A DNA stretch of 64,000 nt, taken from Escherichia phage vB_EcoM_OE5505. Of the stretch, positions 29,675 through 40,560 are shown piece after piece; position 1 is the first letter of the stretch; each line of letters starts with the position of its first letter. A program made the position numbers and the translations under genes. A model generated the notes under the pieces. It was not told where the DNA came from. It worked only from the letters and a program-made list of their open reading frames with translations, and did not search any database. The DNA lies in the sequence record NC_054926.1. The stretch is one strand, 5' to 3'.

Positions 29675-30002
29675 GTTTTTGTTTAAAAGAAATAACTCGG
29701 AAGTTATTAGTTAAATCTTTCATAAAAGTTCTTTGACCAGGAACGATTTCAATCAGTCCCCAATCTTCTAATAGCCATGCAATCGAATCACGACGAACTT
29801 CATCTTCTTCTGTCATTTCAACTTGGCGACCATCCATACGAAGCATTTCTTTAAAATGAACGATATAGTATAGTCCTTTTTTCTGAAGAATATGACAGGA
29901 CTGATACAGAACTTTATCTTTATTATTAGCAATTCCCATACGAGTCAAAGTTTCTTTTACTTTCAGAAAATCTTCAGGTTTTTTAAGAGTAATTTCAATC
30001 AT
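29634..30002 (-). CDS. regA: translational repressor RegA (122 aa)
   Basis: Sequence MIEITLKKPEDFLK... matches T4 RegA as recalled. Confidence 0.9.
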   Translation of the reverse strand: MIEITLKKPEDFLKVKETLTRMGIANNKDKVLYQSCHILQKKGLYYIVHFKEMLRMDGRQVEMTEEDEVRRDSIAWLLEDWGLIEIVPGQRTFMKDLTNNFRVISFKQKHEWKLVPKYTIGN

Positions 30003-30003
30003 T

Positions 30004-30567
30004 TTACCATTCCAATGCTAGTTTTTTGAGTTGTTTCTGTTCTTTTACGTTCTTAGTCACTTCTTTCAAAAAATCATCCGTGACTAAACCTTTTAGTTCT
30101 TTTAATACTAAAGGAAGTTTTCCATTTTTAGTAAGAATTGATTTATAGTTAATTGCATCATTTGTATTAACTTGATACCGCTTAGCAAGTAACTTAATAA
30201 TCAATACTTCGGTGGAATCTTCAACTAGTTTTGCCCATTTACCATATCTTTTACCACAAGGAACTGCAGCCATTAGATAATTAAAATGGGCTTCATCACT
30301 TAATCCAGAACCGATTAAATTCATTGCATATACAGCTGGCATGCATTCTGGAAATTGTGATAATGCATTTTCAACCATGAATTTTGAATAATCTTTTTGA
30401 GCAATAGAGCATTTAGTTTTATTATTGATAGCTCCAATTATTTCAAAAAATTCATTTTCGGCTTTTTCTTTAAAAGAATCAGCAGCGGATTGGACAGCTG
30501 TCCAATCTTTTGAATACCAAGCAATCTGATGCTCGTTTAATTGAATATCATCTTCAAATAAGCTCAT
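30004..30567 (-). CDS. 62: clamp loader small subunit gp62 (187 aa)
   Basis: Size and synteny 44-62-regA. Confidence 0.8.
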   Translation of the reverse strand: MSLFEDDIQLNEHQIAWYSKDWTAVQSAADSFKEKAENEFFEIIGAINNKTKCSIAQKDYSKFMVENALSQFPECMPAVYAMNLIGSGLSDEAHFNYLMAAVPCGKRYGKWAKLVEDSTEVLIIKLLAKRYQVNTNDAINYKSILTKNGKLPLVLKELKGLVTDDFLKEVTKNVKEQKQLKKLALEW

Positions 30568-30568
30568 A

Positions 30569-31543
30569 TCACTTCCACTGCATTTCGCACGCTAATTGAA
30601 TGAAAAGATATGCTAAATGTAATTCCGTATTAGCCGCAATTCCATGATACTGATTATTTTCGCCAACAATTTCGTACATACGAATAATACTCTGTGGTGT
30701 TACACGTGAATAGATTTCTTCGGCAAGTTTACCCACGAACCATGAATAATCAGCTGCATATTTTGGTGCTAAAGCTCTGAGTTGTTTAACATCTTTATTT
30801 TTGAGAGACTCAAGAACATCATCAATAGCACCACGATCGTTAGTAACCAGTGATAAAATACCAGCATCCAAAACACCTTTAGATGAATAACTATCGAGCT
30901 CGCCAATAGTTTTACGAAAATCAGGAAAATTCTTTTTAACCAAAGCTGCTACAACTTTCATATCAGCTATAGCAATTCCTTCATGCTTACAGATTTCAGT
31001 CAATCGACGAATCATCTGCTTCATCATTTCAATTTTATCTTCATCGGTCGGTTGACCGAACGTAATAACTCGGCAGCGTGACTGAAGTGGTTTAATAATA
31101 CCATCAATATTATTAGCAGTAATAATAATACTACAGTTTGAACTATAAGCTTCCATAAAGGAACGAAGATGTCGCTGAGACTCTGCTAGCCCTGAACGGT
31201 CAAATTCATCAATAACGATTACTTTTTGACGACCATCAAATGAAGCTGCACTGGCAAAATTAGTCAAAGGACCACGAACGAAATCAATTTTACAATCTGA
31301 TCCATTCACAAACATCATATCAGCATTTACATCATGACACAACGCTTTTGCTACAGTTGTTTTACCTGTTCCTGGAGAAGGAGAATGAAGAATAATATGT
31401 GGAATCTTACCTTTACTTGTAATAGATTTAAAGGTTTCTTTATCAAAGGCGGGAAGAATACATTCATCGATAGTAGATGGACGATATTTCTGTTCAAGAA
31501 TGTGTTCTTTTTCATTTACGGTAATCATAATTTCCTCATTCAA
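30569..31543 (-). CDS. 44: clamp loader ATPase gp44 (AAA+, 324 aa)
   Basis: Walker A GTGKTT, SRC motif. Confidence 0.9.
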   Translation of the reverse strand: MNEEIMITVNEKEHILEQKYRPSTIDECILPAFDKETFKSITSKGKIPHIILHSPSPGTGKTTVAKALCHDVNADMMFVNGSDCKIDFVRGPLTNFASAASFDGRQKVIVIDEFDRSGLAESQRHLRSFMEAYSSNCSIIITANNIDGIIKPLQSRCRVITFGQPTDEDKIEMMKQMIRRLTEICKHEGIAIADMKVVAALVKKNFPDFRKTIGELDSYSSKGVLDAGILSLVTNDRGAIDDVLESLKNKDVKQLRALAPKYAADYSWFVGKLAEEIYSRVTPQSIIRMYEIVGENNQYHGIAANTELHLAYLFIQLACEMQWK

Positions 31544-31562
31544 GTTTTAGTGTAAATTATAA

Positions 31563-31576
31563 AGGGCCGAAGCCCT
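31563..31576 (-). terminator. tetraloop hairpin between 45 and 44
   Basis: agggc-cgaa-gccct. Confidence 0.45.
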
Positions 31577-31579
31577 CTA

Positions 31580-32266
31580 TTAAAAATCATGGGTAGAATC
31601 AGCTTCAAGAGCTACTACATAATTCGCATGTTCACCTTCAAATTTAGCAGCGCCTTGTTTACCTTTTGCCCAAAGCAGAAGTTTATAATTTCCTGGTTGC
31701 ATTTTCATATTTGCCATATTGATAATGAAATTAAATGTGTTTTCACCATCATAATCACCAAGAGTCAAAGAATATTTAACACGGGTCAGAGCAGAATCTT
31801 CTACTTTATTAAAACCGTTAATTACGATTTTACCTTCTTTTACTGTGATAGCAATTGTATCAATCTGCAGACCGCGAGATACACGCAACAGCTGTTGAAG
31901 GTCTTCAGCTTTAATTTCGGTAACAACAGATGCTACCGGGAATGGAATTGGTTTATTAGGAGCAACTACTGTACTCGGATCGGCTGCTGGCCAAAAAATT
32001 GTTGAACGGGCATCAGCAATTTTAATATTTCCATCTTCTGACTGGGAAATTTCTGCATCATCATTAACTAGAGACAGAATACCGAGAAAACCGTTCAAAT
32101 CGTAAATTGCTACATCAAAATCAATAGTGTCAGAAATATTTGCTTCCGCATAAGTTGTACCATTAACTGCGCGAGTCATAATAAATTGACCTGATTTAAG
32201 CATAATACCAGAGTTAATAGTAGCGAAATTTTTAAGCAGAGCAGTAGTATCTTTAGACAGTTTCAT
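31580..32266 (-). CDS. 45: sliding clamp gp45 (228 aa)
   Basis: Size and synteny. Confidence 0.85.
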   Translation of the reverse strand: MKLSKDTTALLKNFATINSGIMLKSGQFIMTRAVNGTTYAEANISDTIDFDVAIYDLNGFLGILSLVNDDAEISQSEDGNIKIADARSTIFWPAADPSTVVAPNKPIPFPVASVVTEIKAEDLQQLLRVSRGLQIDTIAITVKEGKIVINGFNKVEDSALTRVKYSLTLGDYDGENTFNFIINMANMKMQPGNYKLLLWAKGKQGAAKFEGEHANYVVALEADSTHDF

Positions 32267-32321
32267 GTAATTTCCTTCAATTCAAATGAGATTTAATTTT
32301 ATAACTAATTAAATAAAGCAA

Positions 32322-32711
32322 TTAACGATTAAAATCAGCTGCGATTGTTTCGGCAACAATTTGAGCAGCAACAATCAGACGTTCATCTGCATTGCCGCAA
32401 TATTCATCTTCAAGGCGTTCACCACATGAAGTCATAATAAATTTAGCACCGGCGTTTAGGGATTCTGTAGTATGTTTGCGCATTAGTTCAATCCATTTAT
32501 TACTTACTTCACGATCGATAGCTTCATAATACGCATGACGAGCAGGTGCAGATTTAATTTTGTTCTGAATAACTTCCATTGCGTTATCAGAAAGAGACAA
32601 AACCCATGCTCGACGAATTTTATTTTGGTTTTGTGGATTTGATTCAGAACGCACGTGTTTTGGCTGAATATCTTTTACATCAACAGTATAATTCACAGTA
32701 ATTTTAGTCAT
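32322..32711 (-). CDS. rpbA: RNA polymerase-binding protein RpbA (129 aa)
   Basis: Size and position between 46 and 45. Confidence 0.6.
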   Translation of the reverse strand: MTKITVNYTVDVKDIQPKHVRSESNPQNQNKIRRAWVLSLSDNAMEVIQNKIKSAPARHAYYEAIDREVSNKWIELMRKHTTESLNAGAKFIMTSCGERLEDEYCGNADERLIVAAQIVAETIAADFNR

Positions 32712-32720
32712 AATACACCT

Positions 32721-32909
32721 TTAGTCATAATAATCAGTAACAGTCCAAGCTTCATTTCTATTGGACATTATTTTTGTATATTCTGATTTAAATGCATTCC
32801 TAAGCATAGATTCAGTAACTATATGCTCTTCATTAGAAAAATTATTTCTCAGAATATATCGTTTTATTTCAGGAATAGTTAATAGATGCTGTCCAGTTGA
32901 ATATTCCAT
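32721..32909 (-). CDS. hypothetical protein (62 aa), 45.2 position
   Basis: ORF. Confidence 0.45.
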   Translation of the reverse strand: MEYSTGQHLLTIPEIKRYILRNNFSNEEHIVTESMLRNAFKSEYTKIMSNRNEAWTVTDYYD

Positions 32910-32964
32910 GTTTTTCCTCCATAGAGATTATACTCTAATAAATTAAAGCATAATCTCTTATAAA

Positions 32965-34647
32965 TTAAACCATTACAGTAAATCGACCAACTTTCTTCAT
33001 TTGAAGATGCTGACCGTATTCTTGCGGGTCATGGTCTTTATGCGAAATTATAAAGACATTAGTGTTTTTCATTGAATTTATAATATTAGCTACACCTTTA
33101 ATACCTTCGGCATCAAATGACCCGTCAAACACTTCATCGAGTATTAATGTACTAATACTAACACCAGATACAATAGAAGCAATATCACGCCAAGTAAATA
33201 AAAGAGCAATATCAATTCGTGCTTTTTCACCTTCACTAAATGAAGCATAACTAAAATCTTCACGACCACGGGATTTAATTGTCTCATTAAATTCTTCATC
33301 TAATGTAAACACATAATCCGCTTCCATTATTTTAAGATAATGGTTAATCTGCTTATTAAATAATGGAATGTACTTTTTAATAATAGCACCTTTAATACCA
33401 GAATCTTTGAGCATATCAGTCAAAATTCCTCGGTGGTATTTTTCCATTACTAAATTAGTTTTTGTCTTAACAATTTTATCAAGTTCTTCTTGAAGCAGTG
33501 CTATTTCATCAGCATGGTCAATAAACTCAGAAGATGCTTTTTCTATAGCCGCTTTAACCTTTTTAGCTTTATCTACTGTCGTGATTAGAGATTGCTTTTT
33601 ATTGCGAATATCATTTGCCAACGACTGTTGGGTTTTAATATTATCTCGGTATTCATCAACAAGAACTTTTAAATTATCACGATGTGTTGAAAGCTGTTCA
33701 AACGAATGCGTACATTCAGAAACTTTATCTTTAATTTTAGAAACAACTTTATCACCGGAACTCAATTGTGACAAACAGGTTGGACATAATCCACCTTCGT
33801 GATACATATTAATGACTTTATTATACGAGTCAATTTTTGATTTAATTAAAACTGCTTCTTGACCGATTTTATTAAATGCATCAGTCGGGTCTTCATCTAA
33901 AACAATATTAACTAATCTTTCATTAGCTTCTTCTATTTCAGATTTTAGCGTTCTAGCTTCTTTTGCCAAATCATCATACATATTTTGCAGACGAGTAAGG
34001 TTGTCACCCGTTAATTTTTTCTGGCGTTCAACGTTATCATTATATATTTTAATTTGTTGGATAATACTATCTTTTTTAACATCAAGCACTTGGTTCTGCG
34101 AATTTAATTCACGTATTAGTGCTTTATTAAGCTTATCCATTTCAGCTAATGTTCCTACCTCAAGCAGGTCTTCCACAAGCTTTCTTCGTGCAGGGGTCGA
34201 CAAACCCATGAAAGGGGTATACCCTGCTGTACCAAGGACAACAATCTGCTTGAAACTGGCATATGACATTCCGATAAGCTGTTCAAATTCTGCTTGGAAA
34301 TCTTTACTGCTGGCAGATTCATTAAGACGTGTACCGTTAACGGTGATTTCGAAAACGTTTGGTTTTTGTCCTCTTTTGATATAGTACTTTTTCTCATCAT
34401 ATTCCATCCACAGTTCAACTAAAAGTTCTTTCTTATTTGTGCTGTTTATTAATTGACCTTTCTTTACATCACGAAATGGTTTGCCAAAAAGCCCAAATGT
34501 GATGGCTTCTAACATAGTAGACTTACCACCGCCATTTCGTCCAGTAATAAGAGTTTTTTGAACCTTATCTAATTGAATGTCAATAGGATTTCCACCTACT
34601 GACATTATATTTTGATACCTAACTCGGTTTAGTTTAAAATTCTTCAC
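32965..34647 (-). CDS. 46: recombination endonuclease subunit gp46 (Rad50/SbcC-like ATPase, 560 aa)
   Basis: Walker A GRNGGGKST, coiled-coil middle with CPTC zinc hook, signature and Walker B (LILDEVFD). Confidence 0.9.
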   Translation of the reverse strand: MKNFKLNRVRYQNIMSVGGNPIDIQLDKVQKTLITGRNGGGKSTMLEAITFGLFGKPFRDVKKGQLINSTNKKELLVELWMEYDEKKYYIKRGQKPNVFEITVNGTRLNESASSKDFQAEFEQLIGMSYASFKQIVVLGTAGYTPFMGLSTPARRKLVEDLLEVGTLAEMDKLNKALIRELNSQNQVLDVKKDSIIQQIKIYNDNVERQKKLTGDNLTRLQNMYDDLAKEARTLKSEIEEANERLVNIVLDEDPTDAFNKIGQEAVLIKSKIDSYNKVINMYHEGGLCPTCLSQLSSGDKVVSKIKDKVSECTHSFEQLSTHRDNLKVLVDEYRDNIKTQQSLANDIRNKKQSLITTVDKAKKVKAAIEKASSEFIDHADEIALLQEELDKIVKTKTNLVMEKYHRGILTDMLKDSGIKGAIIKKYIPLFNKQINHYLKIMEADYVFTLDEEFNETIKSRGREDFSYASFSEGEKARIDIALLFTWRDIASIVSGVSISTLILDEVFDGSFDAEGIKGVANIINSMKNTNVFIISHKDHDPQEYGQHLQMKKVGRFTVMV

Positions 34648-34907
34648 AAAAGATTCCTTTTAATGTATCTTTTAGACCATTCTATCATATCATCATAATC
34701 TAAAAAGTATTCATCAAATTCAGCCATGCAAACAACACCTTGTGCTGCTTTTGATGTGATATAAATTATTCCAACATATCTAGAATCTTCTTCGGTGTAA
34801 TCAATATTTGCTATGAATTCATCATTAATGTCAAATGTCGAAAACTTCACAGTATGCATCCTTAATACAAGATACGGCCATATCTCGTAATGATTTAGGT
34901 GTGTCAT
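34644..34907 (-). CDS. hypothetical protein (87 aa)
   Basis: ORF. Confidence 0.45.
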   Translation of the reverse strand: MTHLNHYEIWPYLVLRMHTVKFSTFDINDEFIANIDYTEEDSRYVGIIYITSKAAQGVVCMAEFDEYFLDYDDMIEWSKRYIKRNLL

Positions 34908-35094
34908 TATCTAAAATGTTGAAGTTAAAGGATACAGCCCAGTCAGTGCAGACCGTAACCTTTTTAATACAATTATCTTCAACCTCTAGCGGTTCAAACC
35001 AATATTCAATAATTTCTTTATGCCCAATATCATCTTTTACTTCGCATTCAAAATGCTGACTCATCATAACATTTTTAAATTCATCAAAAGTCAT
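34831..35094 (-). CDS. hypothetical protein (87 aa)
   Basis: ORF. Confidence 0.45.
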   Translation of the reverse strand: MTFDEFKNVMMSQHFECEVKDDIGHKEIIEYWFEPLEVEDNCIKKVTVCTDWAVSFNFNILDNDTPKSLRDMAVSCIKDAYCEVFDI

Positions 35095-36110
35095 TGTGTT
35101 GCCTCTACATATAGCTGATTTGCATATTGAATAAGTGCTTCACGGTCAGAATCGGTGATGTCTGGAATTGCATTAATGTATTCTTCCATCAACGTCTGAA
35201 GAGATTGAACTTCAACCTCTTCGCTGTCATCTGACTCGACAGAGTTATCAATCTTTGACACAACTCGTAATGAATGCACAACTTTCTCTAGTTCAGATTC
35301 GAACTTCGTCAGATTTTTGTCTACTTCAGTTACTATAACACGTACTGATAGATTTGTAAAATCTTTATAGTCAATTTTTCCTTTAAATGGATAATGAATT
35401 CTACGATGCCAGGTAGTATTATTTGGAATAAATTCCATTCGTTCTGTTTCTGTATCAAACATCCAGAACCCACGAGGGTCATTCTCGTCACCTGCTGTTA
35501 GTGTCCATGGTGTCCCAATATATCTGACGTTAGCAGCCTCAGAAATAGTATGGAAGTGACCAGACCACACTTCTTTATAAGTCTTAAGGAAATCAGGTTC
35601 AAGACCATGAGATTTCATTCCTTTATAAAAATAAAATCCATTCAGTTCCCAGTGACCAACACAAAAAGAAGCAGATGAAGTTTTGATATGCTCAAGAATT
35701 TCACCAGTATTTTCTTCACACATCCAAGGAATTAAATCAATTAAACATCCGTCAAAATCTACTGTAGTAGGCTTATCATATACTTTAACATTAGGATATT
35801 TAGCCAAAAGCTCAGTAGAGGCATTTGGATGCATTACATTTTTATAGTGGAGATCGTGATTTCCTACAATAGTATGTAATGTGATTCCAGCACCATCAAG
35901 CATTTGAACTATTTCACGGGCAAACTCCATAGTTTTATGCGTGATTGCTTTTCGCACATCAAAAATATCACCATATTGAATCCATACAGTAATTCCATTT
36001 TTCTTAGAATATTCTATCGCTTGTTTAATTCCATCAATTTGAATACCGCGAATCCACTCATCATCAGCTTTAACGCCTAAATGCCAATCACCTAAATTTA
36101 AAATTTTCAT
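35091..36110 (-). CDS. 47: recombination nuclease subunit gp47 (Mre11/SbcD-like, 339 aa)
   Basis: Calcineurin-like phosphoesterase motifs (GDWH, GNHD). Confidence 0.9.
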   Translation of the reverse strand: MKILNLGDWHLGVKADDEWIRGIQIDGIKQAIEYSKKNGITVWIQYGDIFDVRKAITHKTMEFAREIVQMLDGAGITLHTIVGNHDLHYKNVMHPNASTELLAKYPNVKVYDKPTTVDFDGCLIDLIPWMCEENTGEILEHIKTSSASFCVGHWELNGFYFYKGMKSHGLEPDFLKTYKEVWSGHFHTISEAANVRYIGTPWTLTAGDENDPRGFWMFDTETERMEFIPNNTTWHRRIHYPFKGKIDYKDFTNLSVRVIVTEVDKNLTKFESELEKVVHSLRVVSKIDNSVESDDSEEVEVQSLQTLMEEYINAIPDITDSDREALIQYANQLYVEATQ

Positions 36111-36247
36111 ATATCAAGAACCGTCATTGAAATGCAAAATAAAATTATTGAAATAAACCCATCTGGTGTGCTAAAGAAACCAATCCAGCATGCTCTAGTG
36201 AATAGATAAAATGCAAGAAAAAGTATCACATATCCAAGAAATATCAT
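36107..36247 (-). CDS. small membrane protein (46 aa), 47.1 position
   Basis: Hand-translated hydrophobic ORF; stop overlaps gene 47 start (ATGA). Confidence 0.4.
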   Translation of the reverse strand: MIFLGYVILFLAFYLFTRACWIGFFSTPDGFISIILFCISMTVLDI

Positions 36248-36270
36248 TATATCAAACTCCGTATAAAGCT

Positions 36271-36288
36271 AAAGGGCCGAAGCCCTTT
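36271..36288 (-). terminator. tetraloop hairpin terminator overlapping a-gt stop
   Basis: aaagggc-cgaa-gcccttt. Confidence 0.55.
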
Positions 36289-37489
36289 ATTTTGTAATAA
36301 TGTCAAACTGTTCTTTAAAGCAGAAGCTTGAATCTTGATGCTGATACAAAAATTCATATGCTTTTTCTCGCTCACGGTCATAAAGAGCTCGGTCAGATGA
36401 CAGTTCTTTAATACGTTCAAACGTTGATTCCATATCATTTTCATCAAACCAAATGATACCGCTATCATGCGAGGTCAAAGGAGTATTATCAACACGGAAT
36501 TTTAAATTTTCGCCAGTAGATTTCCAAAATACCGGAATTGTTCCACATGCACCAAGCTCGAGATGAGTATATTCTAAAGAACGTTGCAGATATTTTTTAT
36601 CCAACTTACTCAACTGATAACCAAATCCGGATTTACTCATGCGTTCAAGCATTTCGCTATTTACATAACGGTCAAGAATTTGCGTTGGCAAATTAGGAGC
36701 AATTTTAATTTGGTCTACTTGATGAAGACGATAATACTCGTATGGAATTCCTTTTTCTTTAATAGGAATGAACGCTGGAGAACGTTCCAGACCTTCCATA
36801 ATAGTACTTAGTCCTGCAGGTTTAAGATGTTTTTCATGAAAATCAAACATCTGATAAAAACCTTTCCATGTAGTCGTACGACCAATCCAACGGTTGATAT
36901 TCATGTTAATTTCAGAAACATCTTTCCAGTAGGTTGACCGAACCTTCGCAATATCCATAGGAGGCTGAAAGTTATATACTGTCGGTGCTTCTTCAATATC
37001 ATCAAACAGAGAAACAGTTTCTGGATACCATTCTTTCATCAGAACTTTATTAAAATCACCATTATCAGAATGGCTAAAAATAACATCAGCTCGACGAACA
37101 GTTTCTTCTAATCCCAAATTTCGGCGTAAAGAAAGAGAAGAATGGTCATGCTGATAAACTACAACACGAACCGAAGGTTTAATGTTATCAATAATTTTTT
37201 TATAGTTATTAATTGTGTCTTCTTCGACTGAAGTAGCAGGAACTGAATTGATAATTAGAATATCACAATCATTTACCAGCTTAAGCGTTTTATCGTATTC
37301 TTTTGCCAATAAAACCGGAATTGAAAATGATTTATAATCATGTGCACAGTTACGAGTAAATGATTTATCTTTAGCATAAACCAAAGTTACTTCATGACCA
37401 TTTTTAATAAACCAATCACGCTGCTCAAGAGAAAATTTAGTTACACCACAACCTTCAAGACCTCGAGCCATAAAAATACATACTTTCAT
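36287..37489 (-). CDS. a-gt: alpha-glucosyltransferase (400 aa)
   Basis: Size identical to T4 alpha-gt; position between 47 and 55. Confidence 0.8.
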   Translation of the reverse strand: MKVCIFMARGLEGCGVTKFSLEQRDWFIKNGHEVTLVYAKDKSFTRNCAHDYKSFSIPVLLAKEYDKTLKLVNDCDILIINSVPATSVEEDTINNYKKIIDNIKPSVRVVVYQHDHSSLSLRRNLGLEETVRRADVIFSHSDNGDFNKVLMKEWYPETVSLFDDIEEAPTVYNFQPPMDIAKVRSTYWKDVSEINMNINRWIGRTTTWKGFYQMFDFHEKHLKPAGLSTIMEGLERSPAFIPIKEKGIPYEYYRLHQVDQIKIAPNLPTQILDRYVNSEMLERMSKSGFGYQLSKLDKKYLQRSLEYTHLELGACGTIPVFWKSTGENLKFRVDNTPLTSHDSGIIWFDENDMESTFERIKELSSDRALYDREREKAYEFLYQHQDSSFCFKEQFDIITK

Positions 37490-37539
37490 TTAATATCCTC
37501 TTTGTTTTGGTTTATTTTACCAAAAATTTATAAAGCAAT

Positions 37540-37559
37540 ATAGGAGCCGAAGCTCCTAT
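37540..37559 (-). terminator. tetraloop hairpin
   Basis: ataggagc-cgaa-gctcctat. Confidence 0.5.
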
Positions 37560-37729
37560 CCACATAATACGCCATACAGAGGCTCGTTAGAACTTTTAAA
37601 TTTTATGCGCTTATATTTTATAGTTCCTTCTGCTTTAGCTTTATCATGAGACTCTTTAAAGCGTCTCATCATTTCCTCTTTAGAGGAACGAATTTTATTA
37701 TAATCTATTTCAGAAGTCTGGGTGTTCAT
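37556..37729 (-). CDS. small basic protein (57 aa)
   Basis: Hand-translated ORF. Confidence 0.35.
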   Translation of the reverse strand: MNTQTSEIDYNKIRSSKEEMMRRFKESHDKAKAEGTIKYKRIKFKSSNEPLYGVLCG

Positions 37730-37732
37730 CTT

Positions 37733-37939
37733 TCACAGTTGCCACCATTTTTTGACTTGATAAGAATCAACCCACACTTTCATATTAGGGTCTGCTCTTA
37801 CAATAGGAGGATTAACTTCTTTAATTGAACTATCATGGTATTCTTTTTCAGAAATTTTCACACAAAGATGACCATTCAGAGATTCAGTAAATCCTGCATT
37901 AATTTTAAGACGCTTGAATTTTACGTGTGTAAGCATCAA
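37733..37939 (-). CDS. hypothetical protein (68 aa)
   Basis: ORF. Confidence 0.45.
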   Translation of the reverse strand: MMLTHVKFKRLKINAGFTESLNGHLCVKISEKEYHDSSIKEVNPPIVRADPNMKVWVDSYQVKKWWQL

Positions 37940-38222
37940 TCATATCCTCAATCTGCGATCTAGTAGTCTTCCAAAGAATACTAATGAGTTCATCGTTATA
38001 TGGCTGTTTTAGAATATCCCGACTTTTCTTGATAGCATATTCGTATTGAGCAAAATTATTGTTTTCAGCTGCAATCTGAGCGTGCTTATAAAGACGATTC
38101 AGTTCGCGTTTGTTTTTAGACAATAACTTATTTGCTTTTCTTTCTGCTTCAAGACGGTTCTTTTCTTCAATAGAAGAAATAAGCTTTTCCACTTCATCAT
38201 TAATTTCGGGTTTATCAGTCAT
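37905..38222 (-). CDS. hypothetical protein (105 aa)
   Basis: ORF. Confidence 0.45.
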   Translation of the reverse strand: MTDKPEINDEVEKLISSIEEKNRLEAERKANKLLSKNKRELNRLYKHAQIAAENNNFAQYEYAIKKSRDILKQPYNDELISILWKTTRSQIEDMIDAYTRKIQAS

Positions 38223-38223
38223 A

Positions 38224-38442
38224 TTATTTCTCTAATATAAAATAAAAATCATCATCTGTTAAATGATACCTGTAATTTAATTCTACACCATTAGATTTAA
38301 AAGCGGTATCATACGGATTTTCTGGATCAATATCAATGTCAAGAGCTAAAACTTCCCTGAGATACATTTTAAGTAAATAGGGAATAGCTTCAACTTCAGG
38401 TATTTCTTCCAAGAATCCGGAGAGGTTAATCGTTAGCCTCAT
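38224..38442 (-). CDS. hypothetical protein (72 aa)
   Basis: ORF. Confidence 0.45.
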
Positions 38443-38989
38443 ATAAAAAATCCAAACTAGGAGAATCGTCTACAACACTTTTCTTTTCAGCCCCCGGTGT
38501 TCTATAGGTTGATTCTTCGTAATGCGTCATTTTATCGTAGATGTCTTGAATAAAAGTTTCATCTACTAACGCAACCATATCGTCGTCACGACTGTCATAG
38601 ACATTGTGAACGAAGTAACTATATTTCTTTGCAACTTCCTTACGTTCTTTTTTAATACGCTGGACGAATGCATTAAAACAAGCTTGAGTTATATACGCAT
38701 GTGGGTTTTTATATTTCGTTTCATCAAAATTATGAAGCCCCTTAATAGAAGCTTCTATACCATCTGCAATCATTTCTTGTTTCCAAGACTGGGTGTATCC
38801 TGAAAAGTTGAAACGTTTAGATAAGCCTTCTGCAATAAGCATAATGGCTAATCCAATAGTATCATTTTGACGAACTACTTTATTTGGGTCTTTATTATTT
38901 GCTAATTCTGTTTTCCAATCAATAATAGCTTGTAAAAGCTCTTTATTGTTTACGTAATTATATTTAGGCTTAGTTTCTGACATTTTCAC
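38426..38989 (-). CDS. 55: late sigma factor gp55 (187 aa)
   Basis: Size and synteny; sigma region-2-like segment. Confidence 0.85.
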
Positions 38990-39061
38990 CTCTTAGCTCA
39001 ATTCATAGATCTATTATATCATAATATTTGAAGATCTATCTTAAAGCATAGAGGATATCAG

Positions 39062-39331
39062 TTATCTAAGTAAGCAGTATGCTTGGAACACTTTCTCCAT
39101 CATCTTTTTAAATTCATGAATATCTATATAATGACTAGTTAAATCAGCATGATATAAAAAGTCTAAAAACTTTTCATGTGTGCTAACATATTCACTTTCA
39201 TTTAATTCAGAAACATGACTTTCCCAATATCCAACACCAGTCTTATTTGGGAAAAATGAAATTTTCATGTATTGGTCAACATAGAAAATGCCATAATTTT
39301 CAATAGTAATAGAAATATTAATAAATTTCAT
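39062..39331 (-). CDS. hypothetical protein (89 aa)
   Basis: ORF. Confidence 0.45.
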   Translation of the reverse strand: MKFINISITIENYGIFYVDQYMKISFFPNKTGVGYWESHVSELNESEYVSTHEKFLDFLYHADLTSHYIDIHEFKKMMEKVFQAYCLLR

Positions 39332-39546
39332 ACATTCATCAACTTAGCCGCTTCAAGAGCTGCATCTAGTGAATCAAATTGGTCAACATATTCAATCAAT
39401 TCGCCGTAATTGGCATATAAACCACCATTGGCTAAATTCATACTCAAGGATGAATCCGTTTCCTTCAATTTGAGTTAAACCAATGCCATTTGTATTTACT
39501 TCATATCCAGCAAGACGCAAATCGTTAATAAGAGCTTCGTTCATAA

Positions 39547-39873
39547 TTATACCTTAGTAATTTTCAGGTCTGCAAATTTTTTCTTGCGTTGATTTTTCAT
39601 GCGACGAATAGTTTTATCGGAAATTTCATGCTTTTGATAAGCTTTAGATTCTACACCAAAAGCTTTAACATCAAATTCTGACAAGATATATTGAACCAAC
39701 AATTCACGGACAGTATTGCGTCCAATCTTCTGATCATTCTGTTTCATCGTCTGATGAAGCTCTTTTTCCCATTTATCCAAAATTTGAGGAGTTACAATAT
39801 CGCCTTTTTCTAGCAAAGAAACTACTTTATCATATGCGTAAGAATTAATGACGTTTTTAATTTGAATAGTCAT
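39547..39873 (-). CDS. hypothetical protein (108 aa)
   Basis: ORF. Confidence 0.45.
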   Translation of the reverse strand: MTIQIKNVINSYAYDKVVSLLEKGDIVTPQILDKWEKELHQTMKQNDQKIGRNTVRELLVQYILSEFDVKAFGVESKAYQKHEISDKTIRRMKNQRKKKFADLKITKV

Positions 39874-39912
39874 TACATTATCCTCAATTACGTTAAAATT
39901 TTATTATCCAAA

Positions 39913-39928
39913 AAGGGCCGAAGCCCTT
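39913..39928 (-). terminator. tetraloop hairpin
   Basis: aagggc-cgaa-gccctt. Confidence 0.5.
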
Positions 39929-40127
39929 AGCTAAACTTTTTGGCACCCTTCCAGCCTTCGTACATCATTGCGGCTGATATTAATATTGCTCCTGAGCAAC
40001 TTGAATATTTGTGATTCCAAAACCAGTTTAGAAAAACTTCATCATCAATACCTTGGGCTATCATATTTTCAAAGAACTGACGACGAGCTTCGGCAATTCG
40101 CTGCGATAATTTAGATTCAGGATTCAT
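39927..40127 (-). CDS. hypothetical protein (66 aa)
   Basis: ORF. Confidence 0.45.
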   Translation of the reverse strand: MNPESKLSQRIAEARRQFFENMIAQGIDDEVFLNWFWNHKYSSCSGAILISAAMMYEGWKGAKKFS

Positions 40128-40343
40128 TTAAATTTTCCAGTTACCATTTTCATCAATAAATTTAATCCAGTCATTTACTGACCACTTAGTTGTATCACCT
40201 TTTGGAGTAACATTTAAAGTGTATAACCCCTGCTTAAAAAGTATTCGTTTGATATTCATAATTTCCTCAGCTGTAACGATAACACTCGTTTGATTTACGT
40301 TTAGCAACTCGTTGAGAAGTATTATAATCAAAATCATCGTCAA
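40128..40343 (-). CDS. hypothetical protein (71 aa)
   Basis: ORF. Confidence 0.45.
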   Translation of the reverse strand: MTMILIIILLNELLNVNQTSVIVTAEEIMNIKRILFKQGLYTLNVTPKGDTTKWSVNDWIKFIDENGNWKI

Positions 40344-40560
40344 TGTAAACTGATTTTTTCAACTTTCTTACTTCACCGCGTAATTGACGATTTAACTCAT
40401 CTTTAACTTCTGAATCAATGCCTTTCATTCTACGCCATTTATCTGAGCGAAAAATGTTTTCAACCATATCTTTATGACTTACACCGTCTGGAGCTTTACG
40501 CTTTCCAAAATAGTCATAATCACGAACTTTCAAGTCTTTACGACGATACGTTTTACCCAT
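40267..40560 (-). CDS. basic hypothetical protein (about 97 aa)
   Basis: ORF; start taken at internal ATG overlapping upstream stop. Confidence 0.4.
   Translation of the reverse strand: MGKTYRRKDLKVRDYDYFGKRKAPDGVSHKDMVENIFRSDKWRRMKGIDSEVKDELNRQLRGEVRKLKKSVYIDDDFDYNTSQRVAKRKSNECYRYS

Noticed and set aside
36247-36468. 73-aa minus-strand ORF overlapping the end of the alpha-glucosyltransferase gene
   Set aside because: Out-of-frame overlap with a-gt; no independent support.
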